Under the pieces are notes generated by a model. It had not been told where the DNA came from. It did not search any database and saw only the letters and a program-made list of their open reading frames with translations. Source: Dehalococcoidia bacterium (GTDB taxonomy: Bacteria; Chloroflexota; Dehalococcoidia; Lucifugimonadales; Australimonadaceae). Taken from it: a DNA stretch of 64,000 bases. The stretch spans positions 771,663 to 835,662 of the forward strand of contig OZ241751.1 in the NCBI GenBank assembly GCA_965201135.1, read 5' to 3'. Made by a program: the position numbers and the translations under genes. Below, one piece after another: positions 10,133-20,611 of the stretch; position 1 is the first letter of the stretch, and every line of letters starts with the position of its first letter.

Positions 10133-10628
10133 CGTCATTCCGGCGTAGGCCGGAACCTACTGGCTGCCCCTAACCGCGTAGGCAGGCATCCAATCGGCGC
10201 GAAGCGCCGATCCCCCTCTCCCTATAAGGGGAGAGGACGCCGCGAACGCGGCGGGAGAGGGTACTGCGGACGGGGCGCGTTGCGCCCCGTCATTCCCTAC
10301 CCTCACCGTCATTCCTGCGTAGGCAGGAATCCATTCGGCGCCCCAGCGCCACAGACGGGGCGTAGCCCCGTCTACTATAAGGGGAGAGGACGCCGCGAAC
10401 GCGGCGGGAGAGGGTGCTGGAGTCGGGGCGCAAGCCCCGTCATTCCCTACCCTCGCCGTCACTCCTGCGTAGGCGGGAATCCAGTCGGCTCGCAAGCGCC
10501 ACAGACGGGGCGTAGCCCCGTCTACATGAATCCCTCGGCGCCTCGTCATTCCCGCGAAAGCGGGAACCTACTGGAGGCCGTCATTTTCCCTAGAAGGGGA
10601 GAGGACGCCGCGAACGCGGCGGGAGAGC
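10133..10628. repeat. REP-like palindromic repeat cluster
   Basis: Several CGTCATTCC..GGAA, CCCTCTCCCTATAAGGGGAGAGG and GACGGGGCG..CCCCGTC modules. Confidence 0.9.
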
Positions 10629-10674
10629 GCTACAATCCCGCCCGCGCCGAATTCGGCGCGAGGAGGCGACTGCG

Positions 10675-11226
10675 ATGTATCCGCTCACATTCAACGTCGA
10701 CTACCCGGGAGGAGGGCGCAACAGGCTCACCGCGCTCGTCCGCCCGATCCTGGCGATTCCGATCGTCATCGTGATAGCCGCGCTGAGTCCGGTCATCATG
10801 GCTTCCACTCTGCTGATGATCCTCTTCAGGGCCAAGTACCCGCGCTGGTGGTTCGACTTCAACGTCGAGTGGCTGCGGTTCAACGAGCGGATCAACGCCT
10901 ACCTGCTGCTCTTGCGCGACGAGTACCCGTCCACCGACGAAGAGCAGGCCGTCCACCTCCATTTGGAGTATCCGGCCAACCTCAACAACTTCATGCCGCT
11001 TGTCAAGTGGCTGCTCGCGCTGCCCCACTACGTCGTCCTCTCGATTCTCGGAATCGTGGGGCTCGTGGTCACCTTCGTCGCCTGGCTGGCCGTCATCTTC
11101 ACGGGCCGCTACCCGCAGGGGATGTTCGATTTCATCGTCGGCGTCTTGCGCTGGGGACTGCGAACGCAGGCGTACATGCAGGTTCTGGCGACCGACCAGT
11201 ACCCGCCGTTCCGCCTCGGCGAGTAA
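10675..11226 (+). CDS. DUF4389 domain membrane protein
   Basis: Two repeats: RNRLTALVRPILAIP...YPRWWFDF...LLRDEYP and KWLLALPHY...TGRYPQGMFDF...TDQYPPF. Confidence 0.88.
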   Translation: MYPLTFNVDYPGGGRNRLTALVRPILAIPIVIVIAALSPVIMASTLLMILFRAKYPRWWFDFNVEWLRFNERINAYLLLLRDEYPSTDEEQAVHLHLEYPANLNNFMPLVKWLLALPHYVVLSILGIVGLVVTFVAWLAVIFTGRYPQGMFDFIVGVLRWGLRTQAYMQVLATDQYPPFRLGE

Positions 11227-11335
11227 CTCAAGGGCCCGCGACTCCAACTCCCGCCCGCCCCTTCTCGGCTGCCGAGAGGGGGCGGGCATCGTCTGCCTTG
11301 CTCCGGCGACTTTGACATAATCCGTAGCAGACCTA

Positions 11336-11364
11336 TTGACACGCCTTGAAGACTCTGATACGAT
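11336..11364 (+). promoter_or_regulatory. sigma70-type promoter of hsp20
   Basis: TTGACA-17 nt-TACGAT. Confidence 0.65.
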
Positions 11365-11422
11365 TCGTATCAAACCAAGCGAGCCGGAACGCATGCGGCT
11401 CGAAGAGCAAGGAGGCGAAACT

Positions 11423-11878
11423 ATGGCAATCGAACGCTGGACTCCCTACTGGGGCCTGCGCCCTCTGGGCGGGCCCTTCGGGGCGCCCTACGCGCGCCCG
11501 CGCCACGACCGCTGGGCGATCCCGCTCGACGTTCGGCTCGACGGCGATGACGTCGTCGTCAGCGGCGCGCTCCCCGGCGTCGCCCCGGACGACATCGGCG
11601 TGACCATCGAGGACGGCGTCCTGACCATCGAGGGGCGCGCCGGCTCGGACGAGGAGCGCGAGGAGAACGGCTACCTGCTCCGCGAGCGGCGCTCCGGCGC
11701 CTTCCGCCGGTCGCTCCGCCTGCCGGACGGCGTGGACGTCGACAACGCGGGCTCGTCCTACGAGCGCGGCGTCGTCACGGTCCGCCTGCCGAGGACGGAG
11801 AGCCGGAAGGCCAGGCGCCTCACCCTCGATGTCGCCGGGGAGTCCCCGGCGCGCGAAGAGGCCGCCGCGACCGCCTAG
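11423..11878 (+). CDS. Hsp20/alpha-crystallin small heat shock protein
   Basis: LPGVAPDDIGVTIEDGVLTIEG, RERRSGAFRRSLRLP, YERGVVTVRLP; AAGGAGG RBS. Confidence 0.95.
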   Translation: MAIERWTPYWGLRPLGGPFGAPYARPRHDRWAIPLDVRLDGDDVVVSGALPGVAPDDIGVTIEDGVLTIEGRAGSDEEREENGYLLRERRSGAFRRSLRLPDGVDVDNAGSSYERGVVTVRLPRTESRKARRLTLDVAGESPAREEAAATA

Positions 11879-11904
11879 CCCGCGCGGACTCGCGCCGAAC
11901 AACG

Positions 11905-11934
11905 GACGCCCCGCGAAAATTCGCGGGGCGTCTT
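11905..11934 (+). terminator. hairpin, probable terminator after hsp20
   Basis: GACGCCCCGCGAA-AA-TTCGCGGGGCGTC followed by only a short T run. Confidence 0.55.
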
Positions 11935-12080
11935 CGTTAGAGAACGCCCATAGATGGCAAGCGCAACCTGCCCCGTCATTCCCGCCCTATGGAAAATTAG
12001 GCGTCCGGCTAGGACGAGCGGCGGGATCGCGGAATTCTCCCCCGACCACGTAAGCGCTATACTGCGGCGCGTTGGGCCGA

Positions 12081-12157
12081 GGGCGGTTAGCTCAGTTGGT
12101 TAGAGCGTCGCGTTGACATCGCGGAGGCCAGAGGTTCGAGTCCTCTACCGCCCACCA
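12081..12157 (+). tRNA. tRNA-Val(GAC)
   Basis: Cloverleaf GGGCGGT..ACCGCCC-ACCA, anticodon loop TTGACAT, GGTTCGAGTCC T-arm. Confidence 0.97.
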
Positions 12158-12262
12158 CGCCCAAGTAGAGGCGGCGCGCGCCTGCGCGCGCTCACCGAAT
12201 CCAGACGACCTCCATCGTCAGATTATTCGAGGGGCAGCCTCGCGTGAGCGCGCCGAACGCGG

Positions 12263-12770
12263 CGTCGTTCCCGCGTAGGCGGGAATCTCGCCCCCATTCG
12301 GCGCGAAGCGCCCTCGGACCCCCCTCTCCCTATAAGGGGAGAGGACGCCGCGAACGCGGCGGGAGAGGGTACTGCGGTCGGGGCGCACACACGCCCCGTC
12401 ATTCCTACCCCCTCATACCGTCATTCCTGCGTAGGCAGGAATCCCCCATGTGAGGCGCGCAAGCGCCCAATTCCCCCTCTCCCTACATAGGGGAGAGGAC
12501 GCCGCGAACGCGGCGGGAGAGGGTACTGCGGTCGGGGCGCGTAGCGCACCGTCATTCCCCCCATGACCGTCATTCCGGCGTAGGCCGGAATCCATTCGGC
12601 GCCCCAGCGCCACGGACGGGGCGCCGCCCCGTCTCCAAGGATCCCCAGGGCCTCGTCATTCCCGCGAAAGCGGGAACCTACCCCATCGCGCCCGTCCGCA
12701 GTACCCGCGCCCTGACCGCGAAAGCGGGAACCTACCCTCATGACCGTCATTCCCGCGTAGGCGGGAATCT
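12263..12770. repeat. REP-like palindromic repeat cluster
   Basis: Same modules as the other clusters. Confidence 0.9.
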
Positions 12771-12789
12771 CGCCTCCCCCAGGCCAACC

Positions 12790-13145
12790 CCAGCGCTCAA
12801 ACGGCGCTCATTTGGCGCTAAAAAGCGCTCATTCAGCGCTCACGGAGCGCTCAAACGGCGCTCAAAAAGCGCTCATTCAGTGCTCATAAAGCGCTCACCC
12901 CCATTCATAGCCCCCTAACCCGCCTAAGGCGCCCCGCAAGCCTGCCGGAGAGCCCGACAACCCGCCCGATCTCCGCCGCGCCGCGAACTCCTTCCCCGCC
13001 TTCCCCAAGCCGCTCACGCTATTATGACACAACCCCATTGCGTTCCGCTACGCCCTCTGCTATCCTGACTCCAATGCGCGCTCCGCCCCGCTCATCCCGC
13101 GAGAGCGAATGAGCCGCAAATGAGCGCTTTTGAGCGCTAATTCAG
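12790..13145 (+). repeat. phased GCGCTCA array element, copy 1
   Basis: Ten GYGCT(C/A)A boxes at 10-11 bp spacing (12793-12897), promoter-like TTGCGT-17-TATCCT, then three inverted TGAGC boxes. Confidence 0.8.
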
Positions 13146-13213
13146 CGAAAACGCGCGGCGAGGCGGCGCAGCCGGAGGGAAGCCCAAGCGCGCCGGCGGA
13201 GGAAAACGAACCA

Positions 13214-14563
13214 ATGACCCAGCCCCACGAACTCACGCTCGCGCAGGCCGCAGGCGAAATCGCCGCCCGCCGCCTCTCCGCCGTCGAACTGACCGAGTCG
13301 CTGATCGCCCGCTCCGCCGACATGGAGCCCCGCGTCCTCGCCTGGACGACGCTCTTGCCGGAGCAGGCGCTCGCGGACGCCCAAGCGTTCGACGCCGCCC
13401 GCGCCGCGCCGCGAGGCCCTATCGCCGGCGTCCCCTACGGCGCGAAAGACATCTTCGACACCGCCGGCGTCCGCACCGCGGCGGGCTCCCGGATTTGGGC
13501 CGACCGCGTCCCCGACGCCGACGCCGCCCCCATCGCCATCGCCCGCGCCGCAGGCGCCATACTCCTCGGCAAACTCCACACCACCGAATTCGCCGACGGC
13601 GACCCCGCCCCCACCTACAACCCGTGGAGCGCCGAGCACACCCCCGGCGGCTCCAGCGCGGGCTCCGGCGCCGCAGTCGCCGCCCGCATGGCTCCCTGGG
13701 CGTTCGGGTCGCAAACCGTCGGCTCCGTGCTGCGCCCCGCCGCCTACAACGGCGTCGTCGGCCTCAAGCCCACCTTCGGGCGCGTCCCCCGGCTCGGCGT
13801 CATCCCTATGGCGGCCTCGTTCGACCACGTCGGCTTCCTCGCCCGCAACGTCGAGGACGCCGCGCTCCTCCTCAACGTGTTCGCCGTTCACGATCCCAAC
13901 GACCCGGACTCCGCCGACGCTCCGCCCGACGATTACGCCGCCGCCGTTCGCGGCGCGGACGCTCCGCCCCGACTCGGCCTCCTGCGCGGCTGGTTCTTCT
14001 CCGAAGCGAGCGCCGAAACCCGCCTTGCGATGGAGGACGCCGCCCAGCGGCTCGCCAACGCCGGCGCCGAGATCGAAGAGGTCGACTCGGGCGTGGACTT
14101 CGCCCGCGCCTACGCCGCCCACCGCGTGATGCAAGAGTCCGAAATGGCCGTCTGGCACGCGCCCCTCTACCTCGGCGCCGAAGACCGCTACGGCCCCAAG
14201 ATTCGCGTCTACCTCGACAACGGATTCGCCCACTCCGCCCGCGACTACGTGGCCGCCGCCGACTGCCGCCGCGAGGTCCGGCGCCTCGCCGCCCGCGCGA
14301 TGGAGCGCGTGGACGCGCTGCTTACGCCAACCGCGTCAGGCCCCGCCCCCCGCGACCGGACCCAGACCGGCGACACGCGGTTCCAAAGCCCGTGGAGTTT
14401 CACCGGCTTCCCCAGCGTCTCCGTGCCCATCGGCCTCTCCGCCGACGGCCTGCCTCTCGGCGCGCAACTCGCCTCCCCGCCCTTTCAAGAGGCGCGCCTC
14501 CTCCGCGCCGCCGCCTGGACCGAGCGCGCGCTAGGCGTAACGATCGCCCCTCCGCTCCCGTAG
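13214..14563 (+). CDS. amidase signature family protein
   Basis: GVPYGAKDIFDTAG, TPGGSSAGSGAAVAA, GSQTVGSVLRPAAYNGVVGLKPTFG. Confidence 0.95.
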   Translation: MTQPHELTLAQAAGEIAARRLSAVELTESLIARSADMEPRVLAWTTLLPEQALADAQAFDAARAAPRGPIAGVPYGAKDIFDTAGVRTAAGSRIWADRVPDADAAPIAIARAAGAILLGKLHTTEFADGDPAPTYNPWSAEHTPGGSSAGSGAAVAARMAPWAFGSQTVGSVLRPAAYNGVVGLKPTFGRVPRLGVIPMAASFDHVGFLARNVEDAALLLNVFAVHDPNDPDSADAPPDDYAAAVRGADAPPRLGLLRGWFFSEASAETRLAMEDAAQRLANAGAEIEEVDSGVDFARAYAAHRVMQESEMAVWHAPLYLGAEDRYGPKIRVYLDNGFAHSARDYVAAADCRREVRRLAARAMERVDALLTPTASGPAPRDRTQTGDTRFQSPWSFTGFPSVSVPIGLSADGLPLGAQLASPPFQEARLLRAAAWTERALGVTIAPPLP

Positions 14564-14660
14564 CGGACAGGAACCCGCCCCATGACCGTCATTCCCGCGC
14601 AGGCGGGAATCCCGCCTGCAATGTGAGGCGCGCAAGCGCCCAATTCCCCCTCTCCCTATA

Positions 14661-15866
14661 GAGTCCTTTGCATAACCCTCGCATCAGCGCGATCGGCAGT
14701 TCCGCGCCCCCGGAATCAGCCATTCAACCGCCCAAATCCCCCGATAACGGCCTCCACCTCCCCTGCTCGCCCCCAATTTAGGGGCTTCGCAGGGCCTCGT
14801 ACCCCCAACGGGCGCAATACGCCCCTACCCATGCACAGCGCAACCCTCTCTCAACCCGTCCGCGCGCCGCAGGTTGTACGCCAGCGCCTTGAACAACGCC
14901 TCCGCCTCGTTCCTCATTAGCCCCATGTACCGAACCCGCCAGTACCCATAGCTGCGCTTCAGCGTCCCAAACACCTGCTCCACCGGCGCCCGAACCTTCG
15001 ACAGCAGCCCGTTCCGCCGCCGCTGCCAATGCGGCAGCTCCGTCTGATGCTTATGCCCCCGATGCATGATCCGATCCTTCACGCCCTGCGCCCGCAGACG
15101 CTCACGACGCTCCTTCGACTCATACGCCTTGTCCGCGTACACCGCCTCTTCGTCCCCCATGATCAGCGCGTCCGCAACATCCGTGTCCGCAACGTTCGCA
15201 GGCGTGAACTCAACCCCGCGCACCAGCCCTGACCCCGCGTCCATCCCTATGTGCATCTTGTAGCCGAAATGCGACTTCTTCCCCTTCTTCGTCCACGCGG
15301 CGTCGGGGTCCGTTCCGCTCCGCGCTCCAGCCTCCGAATGCGGGCGCCGCGCCTGCGCCTCGATGATCGTCGCGTCGATCAGCGTTCCGCGCTTCACCAG
15401 CATGCCCTTCGCCTCCAACTGCCGATTCACTTCCGCGAACAGCGCCCGCGCCAGCCCCCGCTCCGTGATCTTCTTCCGAAACCGGCTGATCGTCGAGTGG
15501 TCGGGAACCGCGTCCGTCAGCGTGAGCTCCGCGAAGCGGCGGAACGACAGCCGGTCTTGGAGCGCCTCCTCCATGCCGACGTCGGAGGAGTCGTACCACT
15601 GCTGGAGGACGATGATCTTGACCATCGTGATCGGGCGGTAGGCGGGCCGTCCTTCGGGCGCGGCGTGGACATCGTCGAGTAGGGCTGCGACTTTGGGCCA
15701 ATCGATGAGGCGGTCGATGCGGTCGAGTCTGTCGTTGCGGCCTGCGTTGAAAGGGAGGAAGGCGTCGATGAAGGAGGGGTCGCTGGCTTCGAGATGCATA
15801 GCAGTCTCCTCGCGGTTGCGGGTTGCGGTCATTGTGCGCGATTGCGGAAGGTTATGCAAAGGTCTC
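14661..15866 (-). mobile_element. IS5-family insertion sequence, copy 1 (1206 bp)
   Basis: TIRs GAGTCCTTTGCATAACC / GGTTATGCAAAGGTCTC; 5-bp TSD CTATA (14656-60, 15867-71) inside a repeat hairpin. Confidence 0.95.
14825..15799 (-). CDS. IS5-family DDE transposase
   Basis: GRPAY, LQQWY..SD, PDHSTISRFR, IDATII, FGYKMH, ADKAY, RAPVEQVFG. Confidence 0.95.
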   Translation of the reverse strand: MHLEASDPSFIDAFLPFNAGRNDRLDRIDRLIDWPKVAALLDDVHAAPEGRPAYRPITMVKIIVLQQWYDSSDVGMEEALQDRLSFRRFAELTLTDAVPDHSTISRFRKKITERGLARALFAEVNRQLEAKGMLVKRGTLIDATIIEAQARRPHSEAGARSGTDPDAAWTKKGKKSHFGYKMHIGMDAGSGLVRGVEFTPANVADTDVADALIMGDEEAVYADKAYESKERRERLRAQGVKDRIMHRGHKHQTELPHWQRRRNGLLSKVRAPVEQVFGTLKRSYGYWRVRYMGLMRNEAEALFKALAYNLRRADGLREGCAVHG

Positions 15867-16326
15867 CTATAAGGGGAGAGGACGCCGCGGAAGCGGCGGG
15901 AGAGGGTACTGCGGTCGGGGGTATGGGTAGGTTCCCGCCTACGCGGGAATGACGCGGCCCCGGGGATCCATGGAGACGGGCTTGCGCACCGTCTATGGCG
16001 CTAGCGCGCCGAATGGATTCCTGCCTACGCAGGAATGACGGGGCGCGTCGCGCCCCGTCTCCTGATATTCCCATGCTCCGCGTCCATTCCCGCGAAAGCG
16101 GGAACCTACCTCCTACGCCGTCAATTCGCGCCCCCTATAACCGTCATTCCTGCCCTCTTGACCGTCATTCCCGCGTAGGCGGGAATCTCGTATCCCCCCT
16201 CTCCCTATAAGGGGAGAGGACGCCGCGAACGCGGCGGGAGAGGGTACTGCGGTCGGGGCGCATAGCGCCCCGTCTCCCCGTCTCCCCAAGCGCCTCGTCA
16301 TTCCCGCCCGCGAAAGCGGGAACCTA
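15867..16326. repeat. REP-like palindromic repeat cluster
   Basis: Same modules; abuts the mcrB stop codon. Confidence 0.9.
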
Positions 16327-16842
16327 CGCCTCCTCGCCCGCCTGCGGTTCCTCGTCCCCGCCGACGTCGCCGGACGGCGAGGCGCCGCCGCCCGCCGACT
16401 CGCCGCGCAACTTGGCCAGCGCGAACGCATCCGCAACGCCCTCAACGCCGAACAGCCGCTCCTTGATGTACGGCAGCACGCTGTGCTTCCAGATGCGCTC
16501 GACCTTCTCCTCGTCGAGCCCCGGCTGCATAAAGTAACTCGGACCGACGGCCGCCTCTGCCGCGCCACGATCCTTCAACAGGGCATTCGCCTTGTCCACT
16601 ACGTCCGCGACCCACTCCATCCCTCGCGTGTGCTCGCTCAGCCACTCGCGTAGCACGCCGTTCACAGGCGGCTTGTCCGGGTGAAACTCGACGAAGTGGA
16701 ACCGGCGGCGCAGCGCCAAGTCCACCAGAGCAATGGAGCGGTCGGCGGTGTTCATCGTGCCGATGACGTAGAGGTTGGGCGGCAGCGAGAACGGCCTGTC
16801 GGAGTACTGCAGCCGGATCCCATCTTCGCGGTACTCCAACAG

Positions 16843-18048
16843 GAGACCTTTGCATAACCTTCCGCAATCGCGCACAATGACCGCAACCCGCAACCGCGAG
16901 GAGACTGCTATGCATCTCGAAGCCAGCGACCCCTCCTTCATCGACGCCTTCCTCCCTTTCAACGCAGGCCGCAACGACAGACTCGACCGCATCGACCGCC
17001 TCATCGATTGGCCCAAAGTCGCAGCCCTACTCGACGATGTCCACGCCGCGCCCGAAGGACGGCCCGCCTACCGCCCGATCACGATGGTCAAGATCATCGT
17101 CCTCCAGCAGTGGTACGACTCCTCCGACGTCGGCATGGAGGAGGCGCTCCAAGACCGGCTGTCGTTCCGCCGCTTCGCGGAGCTCACGCTGACGGACGCG
17201 GTTCCCGACCACTCGACGATCAGCCGGTTTCGGAAGAAGATCACGGAGCGGGGGCTGGCGCGGGCGCTGTTCGCGGAAGTGAATCGGCAGTTGGAGGCGA
17301 AGGGCATGCTGGTGAAGCGCGGAACGCTGATCGACGCGACGATCATCGAGGCGCAGGCGCGGCGCCCGCATTCGGAGGCTGGAGCGCGGAGCGGAACGGA
17401 CCCCGACGCCGCGTGGACGAAGAAGGGGAAGAAGTCGCATTTCGGCTACAAGATGCACATAGGGATGGACGCGGGGTCAGGGCTGGTGCGCGGGGTTGAG
17501 TTCACGCCTGCGAACGTTGCGGACACGGATGTTGCGGACGCGCTGATCATGGGGGACGAAGAGGCGGTGTACGCGGACAAGGCGTATGAGTCGAAGGAGC
17601 GTCGTGAGCGTCTGCGGGCGCAGGGCGTGAAGGATCGGATCATGCATCGGGGGCATAAGCATCAGACGGAGCTGCCGCATTGGCAGCGGCGGCGGAACGG
17701 GCTGCTGTCGAAGGTTCGGGCGCCGGTGGAGCAGGTGTTTGGGACGCTGAAGCGCAGCTATGGGTACTGGCGGGTTCGGTACATGGGGCTAATGAGGAAC
17801 GAGGCGGAGGCGTTGTTCAAGGCGCTGGCGTACAACCTGCGGCGCGCGGACGGGTTGAGAGAGGGTTGCGCTGTGCATGGGTAGGGGCGTATTGCGCCCG
17901 TTGGGGGTACGAGGCCCTGCGAAGCCCCTAAATTGGGGGCGAGCAGGGGAGGTGGAGGCCGTTATCGGGGGATTTGGGCGGTTGAATGGCTGATTCCGGG
18001 GGCGCGGAACTGCCGATCGCGCTGATGCGAGGGTTATGCAAAGGACTC
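16843..18048 (+). mobile_element. IS5-family insertion sequence, copy 2 (1206 bp)
   Basis: Same TIRs; 5-bp TSD AACAG (16838-42, 18049-53); transposase translation identical to copy 1. Confidence 0.96.
16910..17884 (+). CDS. IS5-family DDE transposase
   Basis: Same as copy 1; GAGGAG RBS before ATG 16910. Confidence 0.95.
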   Translation: MHLEASDPSFIDAFLPFNAGRNDRLDRIDRLIDWPKVAALLDDVHAAPEGRPAYRPITMVKIIVLQQWYDSSDVGMEEALQDRLSFRRFAELTLTDAVPDHSTISRFRKKITERGLARALFAEVNRQLEAKGMLVKRGTLIDATIIEAQARRPHSEAGARSGTDPDAAWTKKGKKSHFGYKMHIGMDAGSGLVRGVEFTPANVADTDVADALIMGDEEAVYADKAYESKERRERLRAQGVKDRIMHRGHKHQTELPHWQRRRNGLLSKVRAPVEQVFGTLKRSYGYWRVRYMGLMRNEAEALFKALAYNLRRADGLREGCAVHG

Positions 18049-19049
18049 AACAGGTAGTAGAGTTCGCCGAAGACCTTGCCGAGGTTGCCGCGGTTGATCT
18101 CGTCTATGACCAAGAAATGGTCGGCGTCCGGCTCCTCTTCGGCGCGCTTGGCGGCCTGCAGCAACGGCCCATCCTTGAGTTCGTAGCCCAACTGCCCGTC
18201 GTCAAGCGTAGGGCGGTAGCCCTGCACGAAATCCTCGTAGGCGTAGGACGGATGGAACTGCACGAGCGTCACGCGATTCCCGTCGCCGCCCGCGAGATGC
18301 ATGGCGAGGCGCTTCGCCACGTAGGTCTTGCCCGTGCCGGGCGGGCCGTAGAAGATGACCTGCTTCTTGTCCTCGAGGAGGCTCTCAATATCGCGAAGGA
18401 ACGAGGCGTCCTCAAAGCAGAGGTCGGCGGCGAGGGACTCGAGATCGCGTGTCGGCGTAGGCTCGCCGCTCCCGGAGACAAGGAGCACTGTGGCCTGTTG
18501 GTACATGGTACGCCGCCACTCTTCGGGCAGAGTCGCCCGCTGGATGGGGTCCGAACGCCATTCGACGCGGCGTCGGTGGTCGTAAGGGTCGTCGTGAACC
18601 GGTTGGAAGAAATAGTCAGAGACGACCCTTCCGACGTAGATTCGGCTAGCGTCGCGGGCAGGAGTTAGCAACCAGTCACCCTGGCGGATGTCGTGTATGA
18701 ATCGGTAGATGGACCCTGTCCAACTGCCAATGCTGGCATTCGACTTGTCAGGATGGGCATCCTTCAAGCGGTCTCGGAGGTCGCCAAAGTCGACTCCGGA
18801 GAGGTCCTGGCCGTCGAGCCAACCCAAGCCCGCGTAGCCGCCCTGAACGAAATCTTGCGTGTACAGGCCGTATTCCGCCCGCACGCAGAAGACTCTGCCC
18901 ATCGTCGAGAAGTCGGGGACGCTTTCCAGTTGGACGACCATCATCTATCTCCATCCGAGTCTTTGGCTGCGCTGCCGGGGCGCATAATGCCATAGCCGAC
19001 CCTTGCGCGTCAACCTCGCGCTGGCGGGTCGGGCGGGCGGGGTAGGTTT

Positions 19050-20083
19050 ACTGGATTCCCAAACGAAGCGCAACACCAGAGTAAGGTGGCGCCATGGGAT
19101 ACAGCCATATCGGGATCGAAGAGCGGTGTGAGATTGCCCGCCTACTCAAAGCGGGGACCGCGGTCAGGCAAATCGCTGCAAGTCTGGATCGCTCGCCATC
19201 GGCAATCTCTCGCGAGATCAACCGCAACCGGTTGAGCTCAGGCGAGTACAGGCCGGTGCAGGCGAACGAGCGGGCGCAGGCGCGGCGGTGGCGCGGGCCG
19301 CGCCTCGACCGCGACGACTTGCTGCGGGAGGCCGTGCTTTGGCGGCTCGCGTGGGGCGCGTCGCCTGAGCAAGTCGCCGGGCGCTTGGCGTTGGAGATGG
19401 GCAGGCCGGTGATTTCGGACGAGACGATCTACCGGTTCATCTACGGCCAGGTGAAGAGGAAGAAGGACTACGGCTGGCGGCATTACCTGCCGCAGGCGAA
19501 GGCGAAGAGGGGCCGGCGCTCCCGCAAGGGGCGCAGTTCCGCCGTGTTCATCCGTGAGCGCCGCCCGCTGGCGGAGCGGCCTCCGGAGGCCGCCGGCCGG
19601 GTCGAGTTCGGCCACTGGGAGGCGGACACGATGCTGTTCGGCGTTCGGAAGCAGGCGCTGCTGATCCTGCACGAGCGCGCGTCGCGGCTGTCGCTCGTGT
19701 TGCGGCCTGAGAGCAAGGGGGCGGAGCCTGTCGCGCAAGCGATGGTGGCGACGCTGGGGGCTCTGCCGTTGGAGATGCGGCGGAGCGTGACGTTCGACAA
19801 CGGGACGGAGTTTGCGCGGCATTACGAGTTGCACGCGATAGGGACGGAGACGTTCTTCTGCGACGTGAGGTCGCCATGGCAGAAAGGGGGAGTGGAGAAC
19901 GCGATAGGCCGGCTGCGGCGGGAGTTGCCTCGGAAGACGGACTTGGACGGGGTGTCGGACGAGGAGTTGACGCTGTGCGCGTTGCGCTCCAACAACACGC
20001 CGCGCGCGGCGCTGGGCTACCGGACGCCGGTTGAGGTATTCTGGAACGAACAGCAGGTGTTGCGCTTCGAATGTGGATCCACA
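19050..20083 (+). mobile_element. IS30-family insertion sequence
   Basis: Imperfect ~27-bp IRs sharing CGAAGCGCAACACC (left ends 19077, right starts 20056); flanks rejoin to a GGTAGGTT..CCGCTTTCGCGGGAATGAC repeat. Confidence 0.88.
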
Positions 20084-20104
20084 TTTCCGCTTTCGCGGGA
20101 ATGA
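19094..20104 (+). CDS. IS30-family transposase
   Basis: HTH IAASLDRSPSAISREINRN, ETIYRFIY, GHWEADT, TFDNGTEF, SPWQKGGVENAIGRLR. Confidence 0.95.
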   Translation: MGYSHIGIEERCEIARLLKAGTAVRQIAASLDRSPSAISREINRNRLSSGEYRPVQANERAQARRWRGPRLDRDDLLREAVLWRLAWGASPEQVAGRLALEMGRPVISDETIYRFIYGQVKRKKDYGWRHYLPQAKAKRGRRSRKGRSSAVFIRERRPLAERPPEAAGRVEFGHWEADTMLFGVRKQALLILHERASRLSLVLRPESKGAEPVAQAMVATLGALPLEMRRSVTFDNGTEFARHYELHAIGTETFFCDVRSPWQKGGVENAIGRLRRELPRKTDLDGVSDEELTLCALRSNNTPRAALGYRTPVEVFWNEQQVLRFECGSTFPLSRE

Positions 20105-20590
20105 CGGGGCGCATGGGGGATTGTGGAGACGGGGCGCGTTGCGCCCCGTCCGCAGTACCCTCTCCCGCCGCGTTCGCGGCGTCCTCTCCCCTTATAGGGA
20201 GAGGGGGAATGCCCCCTGTGAGAGGGGATATGACGGCGTTGCGTTGTGTCATTGATATGACTATACGCTTAGGCGGCGCGAATTGCAAGGAGGCGCTGTC
20301 ATATTGGGGACGGTTGGAGAGGGGGAGGGGTAGGTTCCCGCTTTCGGGCGAGGCGCCGGGGGACGGGCGCAGCCCCGGTCTCCCCTTATTTCCCGGGGCC
20401 GCGTCATTCCCGCGAAAGCGGGAACCTACCCCCTTGCGGCGGGAGAGGGTACTGCGGACGGGGCGCGTGGCGTTCGTCATTCCTGCGTAGGCCGGAATCC
20501 ATTCGACGCCATAGCGCCACAGACGGGGCGCAACGCGCCCCGTCTCCAAGTATCCCCGGGCCCCTCATTCCCGCGAAAGCGGGAACCTAC
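20084..20590. repeat. REP-like palindromic repeat cluster with an AT-richer spacer
   Basis: Same modules. Confidence 0.85.
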
Positions 20591-20611
20591 TGGGCCGCGC
20601 CGCGCCTGACC

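Larger units (their letters stand above)
16324..18944 (-). pseudogene. mcrB: McrB-family AAA+ GTPase interrupted by IS5 (rejoins to 469 aa)
   Basis: 5' part: GPPGTGKT, VQFHPSYAYEDFVQGYRP, IDEINRGNL, FGELYYLL. 3' part: EYR...NLYVIGTMNTADRSIALVDLALRRRF. Removing the IS and one AACAG restores the frame (1410 nt). Confidence 0.93.

Noticed and set aside
10157..10774. ORFs containing IPAYAGMT / PSPAAFAASSPL peptides (also near 12400, 20050, 45215, 59583)
   Set aside because: These are translations of the repeat modules, not genes.
11230..11422. CIRCE or HAIR heat-shock operator before hsp20
   Set aside because: No convincing inverted repeat; only a half-site-like ACTCAAG and a second TTGACA.
10133..12770. 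Repeat clusters as CRISPR arrays
   Set aside because: Modules vary in order and orientation, spacers are neither unique nor of constant length, and no cas genes are present.
14661..18048. Already-mobilised composite transposon or inversion
   Set aside because: Each IS keeps its own matching TSD and both mcrB halves remain co-oriented.
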